DNA of 64,000 bases from the IMG/VR virus record IMGVR_UViG_3300046170_000391. One strand, written 5' to 3'. The stretch comes from a virus. Positions within the stretch are counted from its first letter, which is position 1, and each line of letters opens with the position of its first letter. The position numbers were made by a program, and so were the translations under genes. The notes under the pieces were generated by a model. It did no database searches and was not told the origin of the DNA. It worked only from the letters and a program-made list of their open reading frames with translations. Positions 18,859 to 29,566 of the stretch are shown piece after piece.

Positions 18859-19602
18859 TTAGGAGAGGTTGTTTCTAATAATATAATTTTTCAAAAAATC
18901 TGCAAACCAGATCTGAGCATTTTCATCGTAATGAGAAGAGAAACCACTATCAATACTAGGTTGTGCTATTTTTTGATTAGATTTAAGACATAATTCAGTA
19001 AAACAATAAGAAGGCTCGTACATTTTAGGGTATCTTTTTGGATTAATATGTAAAGCATAAGGGGAAAATTCTGGTCTTCTTTCAATAACACTTTTAGAAG
19101 CATTCCAAAATATATATTTTATACCATATTTTTGGAATAAAGTTTGAAGTAATATAACACTCATTTGAAAGTCGATTAGATGTTGATGTTTGTCTGTTGT
19201 AGTAACCCAAGATTGATAGTATGCATAATCAGAATAGTTAAGAACCTCTTTATACTGTGAATCATTACCTACAACTAAGGGGCACCAATTATTATCATAA
19301 AATTGATTTTTGCCTTCACCTGAACCATCATATATCTCAGTTCTAAATATACCAGGCCATAGTATGACAAAAAAGAGATCTTTGAGGTCTCTTTTGTTAT
19401 CTATAAAATGTGTATGAATATATTCAAGAGTAGTTCTAACTACTCTGTGATTAGATGCCCCTGACATAGACAGATTCATATGATCATAACCAAGAGAATT
19501 AGCTAAATGTTGGGGCCAAGCTTTTTCATAACACTGACCTTGTTGAGGATACTCAAGTTCAGCCCCTGCTGTATGAGAACAACCGTTTGCTACAAGTATC
19601 AT
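18859..19602 (-). CDS. SGNH-like (DUF6071-type) protein
   Basis: NGCSHTAG, NLSMSGASN, SSHY. Confidence 0.65.
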   Translation of the reverse strand: MILVANGCSHTAGAELEYPQQGQCYEKAWPQHLANSLGYDHMNLSMSGASNHRVVRTTLEYIHTHFIDNKRDLKDLFFVILWPGIFRTEIYDGSGEGKNQFYDNNWCPLVVGNDSQYKEVLNYSDYAYYQSWVTTTDKHQHLIDFQMSVILLQTLFQKYGIKYIFWNASKSVIERRPEFSPYALHINPKRYPKMYEPSYCFTELCLKSNQKIAQPSIDSGFSSHYDENAQIWFADFLKNYIIRNNLS

Positions 19603-20126
19603 CCCGACCCAGAAGAAATGATTGTGTTTATGAGGGGAATTGCGTTTGCTAGAATAGCTGCTTCTGATATACCCACAGGAAATAAATTACTAGAGATATT
19701 ATTTACTTCTAATACTTGTACACGGGGTCGATCCCATGCAGTATTCTGACCTATATCAGTATTGCTAAAATATATAAGATCCATGTTCTTATGGCCTGCT
19801 CCACCATTAACAAGAGTACACGTATAAGGATCCTCAGCATCTGCAGTAATTGTTACCACTAAACCTGTTCCATCCCCCGTAGATGACTCTTGTCCTACAT
19901 TAGTGTAAGTCCCATCAGCTAGTCTAGTGTTGCCTGTTAGGAAATTAAATTGTGTGACTTCCCCCTGCGTACCTTGATCATACAACTGATCGTTTTGAAA
20001 ATGATAAGAGAAATCTTCAGTCCAATGCCCGTCTGAATCTAGATGACCTCCTGTAGCAGCTGCAACTGTAGCATCTTGTTGAACATTGCTAATAAAATAA
20101 TCACTACATACAAATAAATTTGCCAT
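19599..20126 (-). CDS. hypothetical protein, possibly virion-associated beta-rich
   Basis: GDGTGLVVTIT...NGGAG motif typical of tail/fibre proteins. Confidence 0.45.
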   Translation of the reverse strand: MANLFVCSDYFISNVQQDATVAAATGGHLDSDGHWTEDFSYHFQNDQLYDQGTQGEVTQFNFLTGNTRLADGTYTNVGQESSTGDGTGLVVTITADAEDPYTCTLVNGGAGHKNMDLIYFSNTDIGQNTAWDRPRVQVLEVNNISSNLFPVGISEAAILANAIPLINTIISSGSG

Positions 20127-20161
20127 TGAAAACTCCTTATAAATTAATTATATAGAATATA

Positions 20162-21343
20162 TCATTTTTTACTTGCATAAGCAACAGCTTTATGTAAGGA
20201 ACTACTTGATAATGTAAGATATTCGTAATTTTTAAATTGCGGGAACGTTTTAAAGAAGTCTGTGCCTCTATACCCATCCAAAAGAGTATTAACATCAATA
20301 AACTCTTTCATTCTATCAGGCTTATCCTCTGAGATAAAATCATTGTATAGTTTAGTTAGTCTATCGTCATGTTTGTATAATTCTTTTAATTGTTCTTTTA
20401 ATTCTCTGGGTAAGGCTTGCGCACTAAGATACGCAGGAGCGTGTAGAGGATTAAAAGTAACACGTTTTCCTAACGTATCCATAATCTCTAATAGTCGAGG
20501 TAAAGTCCACACACTGTACTTATTTACAACACAACATATCTGAGAAACAAAAGGAAAGGCTAGTTTCAAGTTAGTTAGAAAAATTTTAGTGTCAAAACCT
20601 GTTCTACTATACTCGTTTTGTGGCCCCCATCCATCACAACTTGCTAATAAACTTACTTGAGTAAAGTGTTTCCAAAGATCTCTTAAATTATAATTTTTGT
20701 AGTGTAAATTAGATAAATTAGTCGAGTAAGAAAGAATGACATTAGTACAATTATTATCTATTAGGAATGTTAATAATTGAGCATTAGCATCGGTAATTAG
20801 TGGCTCACCTCCAGAAATATTAATTTGTTTGAGAGAGTTGTTTTGAATTAACCCTTTAATGAGTTCTAAAAAACGAGGATCTTTTTTGAAGATATTAGTA
20901 GTAAGCTCTTCATCCGGCATAAAAGTGTAAAATTTATGCTTTTTATTTTCAATCGCCCAAGTGGTTGAAAAACTAGGGTTACACATACGACATTTAAAGT
21001 TACACACATTGTTTAATCGAATGTGTATTTTTTCAATATTTTTGGCATCATTTCGATAAGTTGGATATTTTACTCTATGCGTTGGGAGATTATATTTTTC
21101 ATTTTCCCAGCAGTATTTACAAGACGGATGCTTTTGATTATTTAAAAATGCTTGTCTTAATTCTTTAAGAGCATTGCCTTTTAGATATTCTTTAATGGAA
21201 TTACCCATAGGAAAACTATTAGAAGGCATAACACAACAAGGAGTAATTTTTCCATCTTCTTCTATATGCAATTCAGTCCAAGGTCTAACACAGAAATTAC
21301 TAGGTACTGGCGGCTCTTTTGAAAAGTTTTTTGATTTCGTCAT
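20162..21343 (-). CDS. radical SAM protein with N-terminal SPASM/twitch domain
   Basis: FCVRPW..ITPCC, CKYCW, CNFKCRMC, SGGEP. Confidence 0.88.
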   Translation of the reverse strand: MTKSKNFSKEPPVPSNFCVRPWTELHIEEDGKITPCCVMPSNSFPMGNSIKEYLKGNALKELRQAFLNNQKHPSCKYCWENEKYNLPTHRVKYPTYRNDAKNIEKIHIRLNNVCNFKCRMCNPSFSTTWAIENKKHKFYTFMPDEELTTNIFKKDPRFLELIKGLIQNNSLKQINISGGEPLITDANAQLLTFLIDNNCTNVILSYSTNLSNLHYKNYNLRDLWKHFTQVSLLASCDGWGPQNEYSRTGFDTKIFLTNLKLAFPFVSQICCVVNKYSVWTLPRLLEIMDTLGKRVTFNPLHAPAYLSAQALPRELKEQLKELYKHDDRLTKLYNDFISEDKPDRMKEFIDVNTLLDGYRGTDFFKTFPQFKNYEYLTLSSSSLHKAVAYASKK

Positions 21344-21863
21344 TTGTTATTACTTTGAAATTACCAGACTCTACGCCTTTTACTATCTTTTCGTATTCTA
21401 CATGGGCTTCAGCTTGATTCTCTAGCAGAGGATTAAGAAAAGCACAACGAAGACGGCGATACATATTTTTAAATGCAGGTCCATGAGGTTTACATCTATA
21501 GTTATTTAATCTATATGAGTAATATTGTAAAGCATGAGCAACCTCGTGTAAAATAGTCATTTCTAATTTTGCTGTTTTCCTACGAGTATAAATTTCACCT
21601 ATATCTCTATCCTTAGCAAACGACGCATATTCATAGATTTTGTATAATTCGCCTTTTTGATCGCGACAAGCTGGGACCATTGCAATTGAAATACCAGGGC
21701 CATCAGCGTACATGCCCCCACGAGACCGAGAACGTCGAGAACTCCAATCAAGAGTAATACTTTTTAGCTCAAACTTAGGGTACATTTCTTGTTGCGCCCA
21801 AGCCTCAACCTCACGTGCGTACTTATAGCCAAAGCTATGCCACTCAGTTTTATTCATTCTCAA
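21300..21863 (-). CDS. SprT-like zinc metalloprotease
   Basis: LHEVAHA ... HGPAF. Confidence 0.7.
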   Translation of the reverse strand: MRMNKTEWHSFGYKYAREVEAWAQQEMYPKFELKSITLDWSSRRSRSRGGMYADGPGISIAMVPACRDQKGELYKIYEYASFAKDRDIGEIYTRRKTAKLEMTILHEVAHALQYYSYRLNNYRCKPHGPAFKNMYRRLRCAFLNPLLENQAEAHVEYEKIVKGVESGNFKVITNDEIKKLFKRAAST

Positions 21864-22007
21864 TATCCTCCAAAAATACTATATCATCGTGACATATAAC
21901 TTCAAACATTGCCGAACCGAAATCAAACATCTCAGCAGCAATTAAACATGCATTGTCTTCATCTTCTGCTTCAACATCCATTGTTTGTGTTAATGTAACT
22001 GTAAATT

Positions 22008-22301
22008 TCATCGTCTTTTCCCTGTTGCTGAGTCGGAGGCTTCCTTTGAAGAAAGCACGACAAGGTTGCCTTTATTGTATGCTTGACCAACGTGAACACC
22101 TGAGCCACTGTATGAGTTCTTACCTTTAACAAATCCATTACCAACCCGATCTGATGTAGGCAATGAAGTACAATCAGATTTATAATCAGGCATAGGTGCC
22201 GATAATTTAGTAGCTATTTTAAGTTGTGAGGGATGTAAACCTCGCTTACGTAGCCAAGCATCGTGATATGCTATTTTTTCTGCTTTTGTATATTTTTTCA
22301 T
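22008..22301 (-). CDS. conserved hypothetical basic phage protein
   Basis: VGQAYNKGNLVVL; own promoter TTGCAT-N17-TAATAT at 22308-22336. Confidence 0.65.
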   Translation of the reverse strand: MKKYTKAEKIAYHDAWLRKRGLHPSQLKIATKLSAPMPDYKSDCTSLPTSDRVGNGFVKGKNSYSGSGVHVGQAYNKGNLVVLSSKEASDSATGKRR

Positions 22302-22343
22302 ATATACATATTAGTAAATAATAGAGCAGTATGCAAGAAAGAC

Positions 22344-23288
22344 TTATATTCTAAGATCACGAAAGTTAGTTAGTGCGTCAGTATATTTTCCATCAATATC
22401 AGGAGTAAAAAGAGCTATTGCTATATTTCGTGCATCTGTGACATCTCTGAGAGATTCGCCACAAAAGATAGCAAGACGTTGACCTGAAGGAGGATTAATA
22501 CAGGCATTATTAGGATCATCAATCTGGTAGTAGGTTAGATAATCAAATATTTCTTCACATAGATTAGGATTAATAGTAAATGATTGATTGTATTGTGCAA
22601 ATAACGCAGAGAGATAAAACTCCTCAGTTCGATCACCGTCATAAGTCCACTCTCCTACGTTATATAACACATGAATTGCTTCCATCAACTCTCTATCACC
22701 AAATCTATCTATATCGCCCATACGCAAGTGACACTCAATGATAGTTTCTCCAATGACTTCAAGATTTAAACAACCAGTGTAGTGTTCAAAATTTTCTTCT
22801 ACCCAGTTATATACATAGCGATAAGTAGCGTCAGGACACTCTATTAGTTCCCAATAATCAAACATTCCGTGCTGTAGTTTTTCTCCACGTATACAATAGT
22901 GGTCTACAATCTCACCTTTACGAAGTATTAAATCAATTGAATAGTGTTCACCCATTACATAAGGAGACCAGAACAAACTGGTCAACTGAGTAGATTCATA
23001 CTGCTCACGATTGTGAATAACTTGACTTTCCATCCCTCCACCACGTAAGTTATAGATTGGTTTTAGTACGATAGGATATTGAGTAGGGTCAGTGCCTATA
23101 GGTCCATGAGGTATATCCTGCATCTCACAAACATGCATTTTATTGTAGAAATTACGATAGTTAAAAAACTCTGGATGAGAATATGCGAATTCGTCTGTTG
23201 TGGGAATATCAACTCCCCAATCAGACACATAATTTTTGTAGTATTGAGGCATCGACTCAATCGGATTGTGGTTTTTCCAAGGCATCAT
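22344..23288 (-). CDS. ATP-grasp-like protein
   Basis: YPIVLKPIYNLRGGG, GEHYSID, LNLEVIG..IIECHLR. Confidence 0.6.
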   Translation of the reverse strand: MMPWKNHNPIESMPQYYKNYVSDWGVDIPTTDEFAYSHPEFFNYRNFYNKMHVCEMQDIPHGPIGTDPTQYPIVLKPIYNLRGGGMESQVIHNREQYESTQLTSLFWSPYVMGEHYSIDLILRKGEIVDHYCIRGEKLQHGMFDYWELIECPDATYRYVYNWVEENFEHYTGCLNLEVIGETIIECHLRMGDIDRFGDRELMEAIHVLYNVGEWTYDGDRTEEFYLSALFAQYNQSFTINPNLCEEIFDYLTYYQIDDPNNACINPPSGQRLAIFCGESLRDVTDARNIAIALFTPDIDGKYTDALTNFRDLRI

Positions 23289-23827
23289 ATACTCGCTCTC
23301 TTATATCAACAACTTTTTCAGTTTCAATTATGTTGATACATAGATTTGTAATGTCAATATCTTTCCGTAAAAAGAACATTTTTTCTTGAAGTTCTTCAAG
23401 TTGTTTTTGGTAATACGCAAGTTCTTTTTCTTTGCGAAGTTTTTGATCAATAATATCCGTTAACAGAAAAATTCTATTCTCGCTCACAAGTACTCTCTCA
23501 CGGTAATAAATTTAAATTTTTTTGGGTCTTTGTTAATATCTTCCGACCAAAAACGTTCATATCTAGCTCTCTGTAAATATCCTGCAAACCAAGTTATTTT
23601 GGTAAAATCTATATCAAAGAAACAATTAGACCAAACATCAATCCAATAAGTAGAATTATATAGAACAAATGTATGAATATAGTTCTGTGCAACAACAGTT
23701 GTTTTATCGAAAGAAGTGTGTGGCTGTAGGCGCCAACACAGTCTTAAACTAGACGACTCGCAGTCACCTGAAGAATCTCTGTATTTTATTATCCATTCTT
23801 CTAACCATTTTACTAATTCTTCTTCAA

Positions 23828-24697
23828 TCAAAACTGAACCGCCGGAGACCAAAAAGTAGTACGCCCATCATCAAGCTTGATTTTTTCAACAGGATGACCG
23901 TATATATCTTTTTGCTGATTATAAACCATTACGTGTCCTCCTCTTGCTTCTACTATTTCAGAAGGATTTGATGCGAAACGAGTATACTTCCCATGATTAT
24001 TATATAAGTCAGAATAATTACGAATAGTTGCTCCGCCAGACTCATACGATGCTGATAGTACTTTACAAATTGCATAATAAAGTTTTTCAAGTTCTTTTTC
24101 GTCCAAACTACCCATTGTTCTATGAGGAGCAATACCAGCTAAAAATAGGGATTCTGATTTATAGATATTTCCTACACCAGAAATTTTTTTCTGATCCATT
24201 AACCACTTTACCACTGACCAACTGGGATTACCTCGTGCGCGGGTATTAAATTCGCTAAGAGTACAAGGATTATTAAGCATATCAGGTCCAATTGATCTAA
24301 GTTTTGCTTGAAGATCACTTTCTTTATCCACAAACTTAATAGTCCCAAAATTACGCTGATCGTTGTAGTAGACAGCAGTGTCATCATCAAAGTAAAAAGC
24401 CATCCTTGTGTGTTTGGATGGCTGGAGTTTAAAATTACCAGTCATACCAAGAGTAGTATAAATATAATATATTGGAAGCAAATCACCAAGCTCCCAATAT
24501 ATAAATTTACCCTTGTTGTGTACGGCTTTGACAGGAAATGGCCCATCATCTTCTAAATCACAATAGAAGCTGCCAAATCCTGTAGGTAGATTTTTAGTAT
24601 ACCTACCAGAGATAAAATTAATATTGATTAAATTTTTACCTCGTACAGCCCGATCAAGTTGTCTAGCTGTACGTGTGCATTCTGGACCTTCAGGCAT
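23828..24697 (-). CDS. mutM: Fpg/Nei DNA glycosylase-AP lyase (zincless finger)
   Basis: MPEGPE, KGK, LGMTG, DQRNFG, H2TH MDQKKISGVGNIYKSE. Confidence 0.92.
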   Translation of the reverse strand: MPEGPECTRTARQLDRAVRGKNLININFISGRYTKNLPTGFGSFYCDLEDDGPFPVKAVHNKGKFIYWELGDLLPIYYIYTTLGMTGNFKLQPSKHTRMAFYFDDDTAVYYNDQRNFGTIKFVDKESDLQAKLRSIGPDMLNNPCTLSEFNTRARGNPSWSVVKWLMDQKKISGVGNIYKSESLFLAGIAPHRTMGSLDEKELEKLYYAICKVLSASYESGGATIRNYSDLYNNHGKYTRFASNPSEIVEARGGHVMVYNQQKDIYGHPVEKIKLDDGRTTFWSPAVQF

Positions 24698-24963
24698 TAG
24701 CGCATCTTAAGGTTAGCTTGACGTGGAAATCCCCAAACATCTATTGCTGGAACACGAATCATACGCTCTTTAGTATTCTTTTTATCGGGATTTGGGACAG
24801 TGAGCACAACGTTTTTACCTTTACGCCACGCAATAGCTTGATTATTACGGCGCATATCAGACTGAATATACTCACGACGAAGAGCATTTAACACAGAACG
24901 TGTTACATTTGGACGCTCACCTTTAGAGGTGTAATTTTTACCAGAACTTTTCTTACCTGCCAT
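24697..24963 (-). CDS. conserved basic hypothetical phage protein
   Basis: YTSKGERPNV..AWRKGKNVVLTVPNP; promoter TTGCTT-N17-TATATT at 24993-25021. Confidence 0.65.
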   Translation of the reverse strand: MAGKKSSGKNYTSKGERPNVTRSVLNALRREYIQSDMRRNNQAIAWRKGKNVVLTVPNPDKKNTKERMIRVPAIDVWGFPRQANLKMR

Positions 24964-25021
24964 TTGAATCTCCTGTTTTTGAAATATAAGTTAATATACA
25001 AAAATTAAAGGGACTAAGCAA

Positions 25022-25234
25022 TTATAAAGTAGCTGAGAAAGGGGTTGAGTTAGAAGATACAGAGATATTGCTGTGTAGTTCTATAAATGTATAAATAAAA
25101 TCTGCGGGCTCATATAATTGTGAACATTTTCGACACTCTACAATATCAAGCGGCTCCACTTTACCATTCATAAACCATACTTCTTCATCAGAAGAGCAGA
25201 TAGGACATAAGCTTCTAGCTCTGTAAGTAGACAT
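25022..25234 (-). CDS. zinc-ribbon protein
   Basis: CPIC ... CRKC; start revised to MSTYRA. Confidence 0.55.
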   Translation of the reverse strand: MSTYRARSLCPICSSDEEVWFMNGKVEPLDIVECRKCSQLYEPADFIYTFIELHSNISVSSNSTPFSATL

Positions 25235-25961
25235 GATAAATTTTGCGGTGATATAAATCCATGGAATGGTCACGTGCTCCGTCAAAAAATTCACGTTTCT
25301 TCCACGCTGCTAAACGTCCACGCCATTGATCTTTAATGCGTTGCCAAGCAGTCATTTTACGAATATTTCCATAGTGATTTATATAGACAAGCTCTCCGTG
25401 ATGACGGTACACAATAGGAGGAGGTACACGAGTCACTATATCATTGTTGTTAACAAAGCGGTAATGCTTTATTTTGTCAGTACTCATTTCTTTGACGAAG
25501 CGTCTATCACCTACACGAGGGGAACCAAAAGTGTAAAGTTCGTTGGCGTCTAACCGACTTGCCATGATAGTAGCTAATGCAGCTCCGAGTGAATGACCCG
25601 TACACGTGATTCGACAATCATCATCAAATTGTTGAGCATCTAAATACTCAACAATCTCACTATACACAAGATTTATAGCATTAGCAAATCCTGAATGAAC
25701 ACGACCCCTCTCTTGGGCTCTTTTCGGCCACGCTCGGAGATCGGCTAAGACATCGGAAAGTTGGTCTGGCTCAGTACCTCTGAAACAGATAATCACTGTG
25801 TTGGTTTCTTTATCCCAAGCAACAAAACATTGTGTGCTTCCTCTATCAAACCATTTGAACTTTTCATAGCCAAATGTATCACAAGACGAACGCACTAAGG
25901 GCTCACCTGAGTAGACAAGTTTACTCAAGTAAGCCGCACGAACTGCTTTATGTGTTAGCAT
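25215..25961 (-). CDS. lipase class 3
   Basis: FRGT, VHSGF, TGHSLGAALA, YTFGSPRVG, DIVTRVP, DH. Confidence 0.9.
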   Translation of the reverse strand: MLTHKAVRAAYLSKLVYSGEPLVRSSCDTFGYEKFKWFDRGSTQCFVAWDKETNTVIICFRGTEPDQLSDVLADLRAWPKRAQERGRVHSGFANAINLVYSEIVEYLDAQQFDDDCRITCTGHSLGAALATIMASRLDANELYTFGSPRVGDRRFVKEMSTDKIKHYRFVNNNDIVTRVPPPIVYRHHGELVYINHYGNIRKMTAWQRIKDQWRGRLAAWKKREFFDGARDHSMDLYHRKIYHVYLQS

Positions 25962-26277
25962 TACTTTTTCTTCTTTTTATTTTTTAAGATAGCAGCTTGA
26001 AGTGCTGGTGGAAGTTTCTTTTGAGCGGCAGTAAGTCCATTACCTTTACCATTCATTTTTTTCTTACCACCATTCATTGGTTTTCCGTTTTTCTTGTGCA
26101 TAGCCATTAGCTCTTTCCTCTTCTTCCTAAGTCGATTTTTTTACCCTTATGAGGGCCTGATTTACGTGGTATCATGCCACGGGCTACAAGTCTGGCTCGG
26201 TTAGTAGAACCGATTGAGCGCCCAGACTTATATTTGCGTAGTAGTTCCGCATAGTTAATTTTTGGTTTTTTCTTCAC
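25961..26277 (-). CDS. two tiny Lys/Arg-rich proteins (26107-26277, 56 aa; 25961-26107, 48 aa), not in ORF track
   Basis: TAATG-coupled; KKKPKINY...RRGKS and MAMHKKNG...KNKKKKK. Confidence 0.55.
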
Positions 26278-27126
26278 CTATACGTTCCAATCAAACGTGT
26301 CTGATTCTTCTGTAGGTGCTACTTCTAGTCCTACAAAGTTTTCACTATATTTTGTAAAACCAAAAGACGCAATTTCAGACTGAGTATACCCTATTAAATT
26401 TGATTTAGTTGAATCTTCCCAATAGTTTAGGTTTTTATAGCCCCAACCACTTGGTTTTCCAGACTCAGAAATATCTAGTTTAATCATGGAATTGTTCGCC
26501 ATAGTATCTGTAGTGATCTTATTTCTATGATAAGAGTGTCTTATCACATTACCTTTAGTTCCTGCATAGATCATTAGTACGGGAACTACTGGTTGCCGTT
26601 CATAGTAAGAACCAAAAGAAGTATTCCAGGCGATAGGAGCCATAAAAGGTGCGCTTAAAAAGCCTACATCATAACCAAAATCTTGCAAAGTTCTTGCATA
26701 TTCCATTGCTGAGATAGCTATACCTATAGCATAATTTCTGATAAAGTCATTCATCACGGCAGGATTGTTTAAAAAATTTTTCTCACCTGCTAAAAAACCT
26801 CCATCGAAATATTCGTCTGGATAATCAATACCCCAGCCGTTATCCTCAGTTTCTGAATCTAGTTCTGGTATCATTGTCCATATAGCAGCGTGTCCACAAT
26901 TTGAAATTAAATTTCTAGCAGTAGACGCATGAGTATGTACGTCCATCCAATTCCATACCTCAGAGAGTACATCTCCAGTCTCTCTATGAGGCAACCAAAC
27001 ACGCGTATGATTGCGAGAAGCCGCTGGCATTTGAAATGCTTTAACTAGTGCTTGGTTGATGTGATCTTCAGTGGGATTTTCGTTATCTGAAGCGTATCCA
27101 ACTGTTTGTAATAACATATCTCTCAT
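26278..27126 (-). CDS. hypothetical protein, possibly nitroreductase-like fold
   Basis: AFQMPAASRN resembles A..APS..N; IGIAI..ARTLQDFGYDVGF. Confidence 0.35.
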   Translation of the reverse strand: MRDMLLQTVGYASDNENPTEDHINQALVKAFQMPAASRNHTRVWLPHRETGDVLSEVWNWMDVHTHASTARNLISNCGHAAIWTMIPELDSETEDNGWGIDYPDEYFDGGFLAGEKNFLNNPAVMNDFIRNYAIGIAISAMEYARTLQDFGYDVGFLSAPFMAPIAWNTSFGSYYERQPVVPVLMIYAGTKGNVIRHSYHRNKITTDTMANNSMIKLDISESGKPSGWGYKNLNYWEDSTKSNLIGYTQSEIASFGFTKYSENFVGLEVAPTEESDTFDWNV

Positions 27127-27152
27127 TTTTTAATCTCCAAATATCATAAATT

Positions 27153-27668
27153 TTACCTATTTGCTAAAGGGTTGTCCAATGCTCTTTGTAACTGTTTTTC
27201 CATATCCGCTTCAAGATTTTGAATCTTCGTTTCTAAAATATCACGAGTTGCAGTGTTTTCACGGATTAACAAATCTTTTTGAGCTACATATTGATTCAGT
27301 AAATCTTGTCGCTTTACTTCAAAGCGCTCTTCAGCATCATCAATTGTGGTGCGTACATCATCTTCAACACCATTAATATCATCCTCTACAGAATCTACGA
27401 TACGTTCAAGACGAACTATGTCATCTCTTAGACCATTTTTGATATCACGTGAATACTCAAGAGCTTCATCGAGTTTTGTTTCAAGCACAGCGTTACGTGT
27501 CGCAATTTCATCAGTATCAATGTTAGCAATAATTTCTTTCATATTCATGTAGTCTTTGTAAAATTCAAAACCAGCCCAAAGACCGCCACCAAGTGTTCCT
27601 ATCAGTGGAAGGATGAGTAGTAGTTTAGAACCACCAACCTTTACTCCGGCATATTCTATCTCAGCCAT
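27153..27668 (-). CDS. membrane-anchored coiled-coil protein
   Basis: TM LLLILPLIGTLGGGLWAGFEFY, coiled coil, ends ALDNPLA. Confidence 0.65.
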   Translation of the reverse strand: MAEIEYAGVKVGGSKLLLILPLIGTLGGGLWAGFEFYKDYMNMKEIIANIDTDEIATRNAVLETKLDEALEYSRDIKNGLRDDIVRLERIVDSVEDDINGVEDDVRTTIDDAEERFEVKRQDLLNQYVAQKDLLIRENTATRDILETKIQNLEADMEKQLQRALDNPLANR

Positions 27669-27676
27669 TTTATCTC

Positions 27677-29566
27677 CTATCTATATTGTAAATCAGTCAT
27701 CATACTGAATTTAGGGTCGTTTAAAAACCATCTTGCAAACGAATGATCTACCGTGGGTTTTGGCGGATAGAAGTTTGCTAAGTCTAGTATTTCTTCTTCG
27801 TTATAATCTTTAAAATCTGGTACGAAAGAAATCAAAGCGAGAAGCCTACGTTGAATGTCCATTTGCTGTTCAAGTGTCACAGCAGCTTCAAGCTCTTTAA
27901 CAGCTTCAATAGCTTTCATAGCTATTAGTAATTTTAGTTTTTCTCTCTTTGAATCTACGGGATCAACTTTAGGCATTGGTTTACCAGGAATATTCTCAAT
28001 ATACTCGGGTTTAGCATTCTCTAACTCAGCTAATTCTTTTTCAATATCATCTTCCTGATTTGCTCCACCCATCATAGCATCCACGGGACTTCCCTCTTCA
28101 TTAGATTCTGATTCTAACGCAGCAATCTCTGAGTCTATGTCGTCAATCATTTCAAGTTCACCAACTTCTTCATCAATATCATCTTCTACCATTTGAAAAC
28201 CATCATCAAGTTCTACGGTTTCTTGTTCTATTACTAATTCTTCTTGCAAAAAGTCATCAGTAGGAACACTATAAAACTCAGGTTCACCAGTTGTTATGTC
28301 AGTTTCCACAGTCAATACATCATCAATCAAGGGGTCTAAAACAGTAAAGTCACCATCATTACCTGATAAATCAACATATCCTGTGCAGGTGATATCATAT
28401 TGGGGATCTAATGAGCATTGTTGATCGAAGTATGCGGTATCGTATCCTTGACAGCCTGGATCAAACAAAGCATCCTCTTCACACATTGCTATGTAGTAAT
28501 CAGGGCAGCTTGGATCTGAGGTAGGATCATTAGTACACTGTTGATTGTATGATGCAGTGGCATAGCCTGAGCATCCTTGATCGTAAAGCGGATTTAAGTT
28601 ACACTGTTGAGTATAGTAAGCATTAGCATATCCCGGGCAAGCAGGGTCATGTAATGGATTAGCAGTACACTGTTGAGTTAAGTTAGCTGCGGCGTATCCA
28701 GGACAGGATGGGTCGTATAGAGGGTTTGCCGTGCATTGCTGATTAAACAATGCATTAGCATATCCTGAGCAAGACGGGTCGTGTAGAGCATTGATAGCGC
28801 AAATATCTTGACTGAATACGATATCACCAGTCATTCTTCTTACTGCAGGTCCAGCAAAGAAACTTCCTCCATTTTGATAACCTCCATCACCACCGTCTCC
28901 GCCAGTGATAGAAATATCAAAGCTTGCAATGTCTGTGCCATACCCAAGTTGACTGTTAAACCAACTTAAACCACTTTCAGTATACCACGTACCATCTGTA
29001 GCATTTGAGTCATAATTAAAAGTATCAGTTACAACAGCTTTACCATTACTGTCTTTTATAGTAAAACTAATCTCAAGGTGGTCATCACAACCCATCATCA
29101 TACGATTAGGTACTTGTCCATGACACATACCGTTTGAAGCAAATGCATCATCTGACTTTTTATACTCCCAAGAGTATGAGAATCCATCTAACTTGATTCC
29201 TGTTAATTGTTGAAGTAGTCCTGAAACAATTTGAGAGGTGTAGGTCCAATTGGCATCTCCGTTTATAGATTCGCCGTGTAATAGAATTTGGACGTTATTG
29301 CTGCCGCCATTATAGATACCAGTGCCTGCACCTTGGTTTCCGCCCCAAAAGTCTGATTGTTGGTGAGGACCGCCACCATCAAATATTTGCAGTTCAGTTT
29401 GTGCGTGAGTATTTGGATCTTCGGCACAAGCTGTACCAGTGACGAAATTAGTAGTTCCGTTAGTCGAACAATCACCTGTTGTTAAGGATTGAGCATTAGA
29501 GAAGGAGCAATAAGAGAGCGAGAGAAATGCCGCCACCAGCAATCGCTGCGTTACGTTTCTGAACAT
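27677..29566 (-). CDS. large exported protein with Cys-rich tandem repeats and acidic region
   Basis: Signal peptide; 7 x ~22-aa C..NPL.DP.C.GY repeats. Confidence 0.75.
   Translation of the reverse strand: MFRNVTQRLLVAAFLSLSYCSFSNAQSLTTGDCSTNGTTNFVTGTACAEDPNTHAQTELQIFDGGGPHQQSDFWGGNQGAGTGIYNGGSNNVQILLHGESINGDANWTYTSQIVSGLLQQLTGIKLDGFSYSWEYKKSDDAFASNGMCHGQVPNRMMMGCDDHLEISFTIKDSNGKAVVTDTFNYDSNATDGTWYTESGLSWFNSQLGYGTDIASFDISITGGDGGDGGYQNGGSFFAGPAVRRMTGDIVFSQDICAINALHDPSCSGYANALFNQQCTANPLYDPSCPGYAAANLTQQCTANPLHDPACPGYANAYYTQQCNLNPLYDQGCSGYATASYNQQCTNDPTSDPSCPDYYIAMCEEDALFDPGCQGYDTAYFDQQCSLDPQYDITCTGYVDLSGNDGDFTVLDPLIDDVLTVETDITTGEPEFYSVPTDDFLQEELVIEQETVELDDGFQMVEDDIDEEVGELEMIDDIDSEIAALESESNEEGSPVDAMMGGANQEDDIEKELAELENAKPEYIENIPGKPMPKVDPVDSKREKLKLLIAMKAIEAVKELEAAVTLEQQMDIQRRLLALISFVPDFKDYNEEEILDLANFYPPKPTVDHSFARWFLNDPKFSMMTDLQYR
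28376..28801 (-). repeat. seven degenerate ~66-bp coding repeats (CxxNPLYDPSCPGY...QQ)
   Basis: Visible in translation. Confidence 0.85.

Noticed and set aside
28376-28801. CRISPR-like array
   Set aside because: The repeats are degenerate, in-frame and coding, with no unique spacers; no CRISPR array was seen anywhere in the window.
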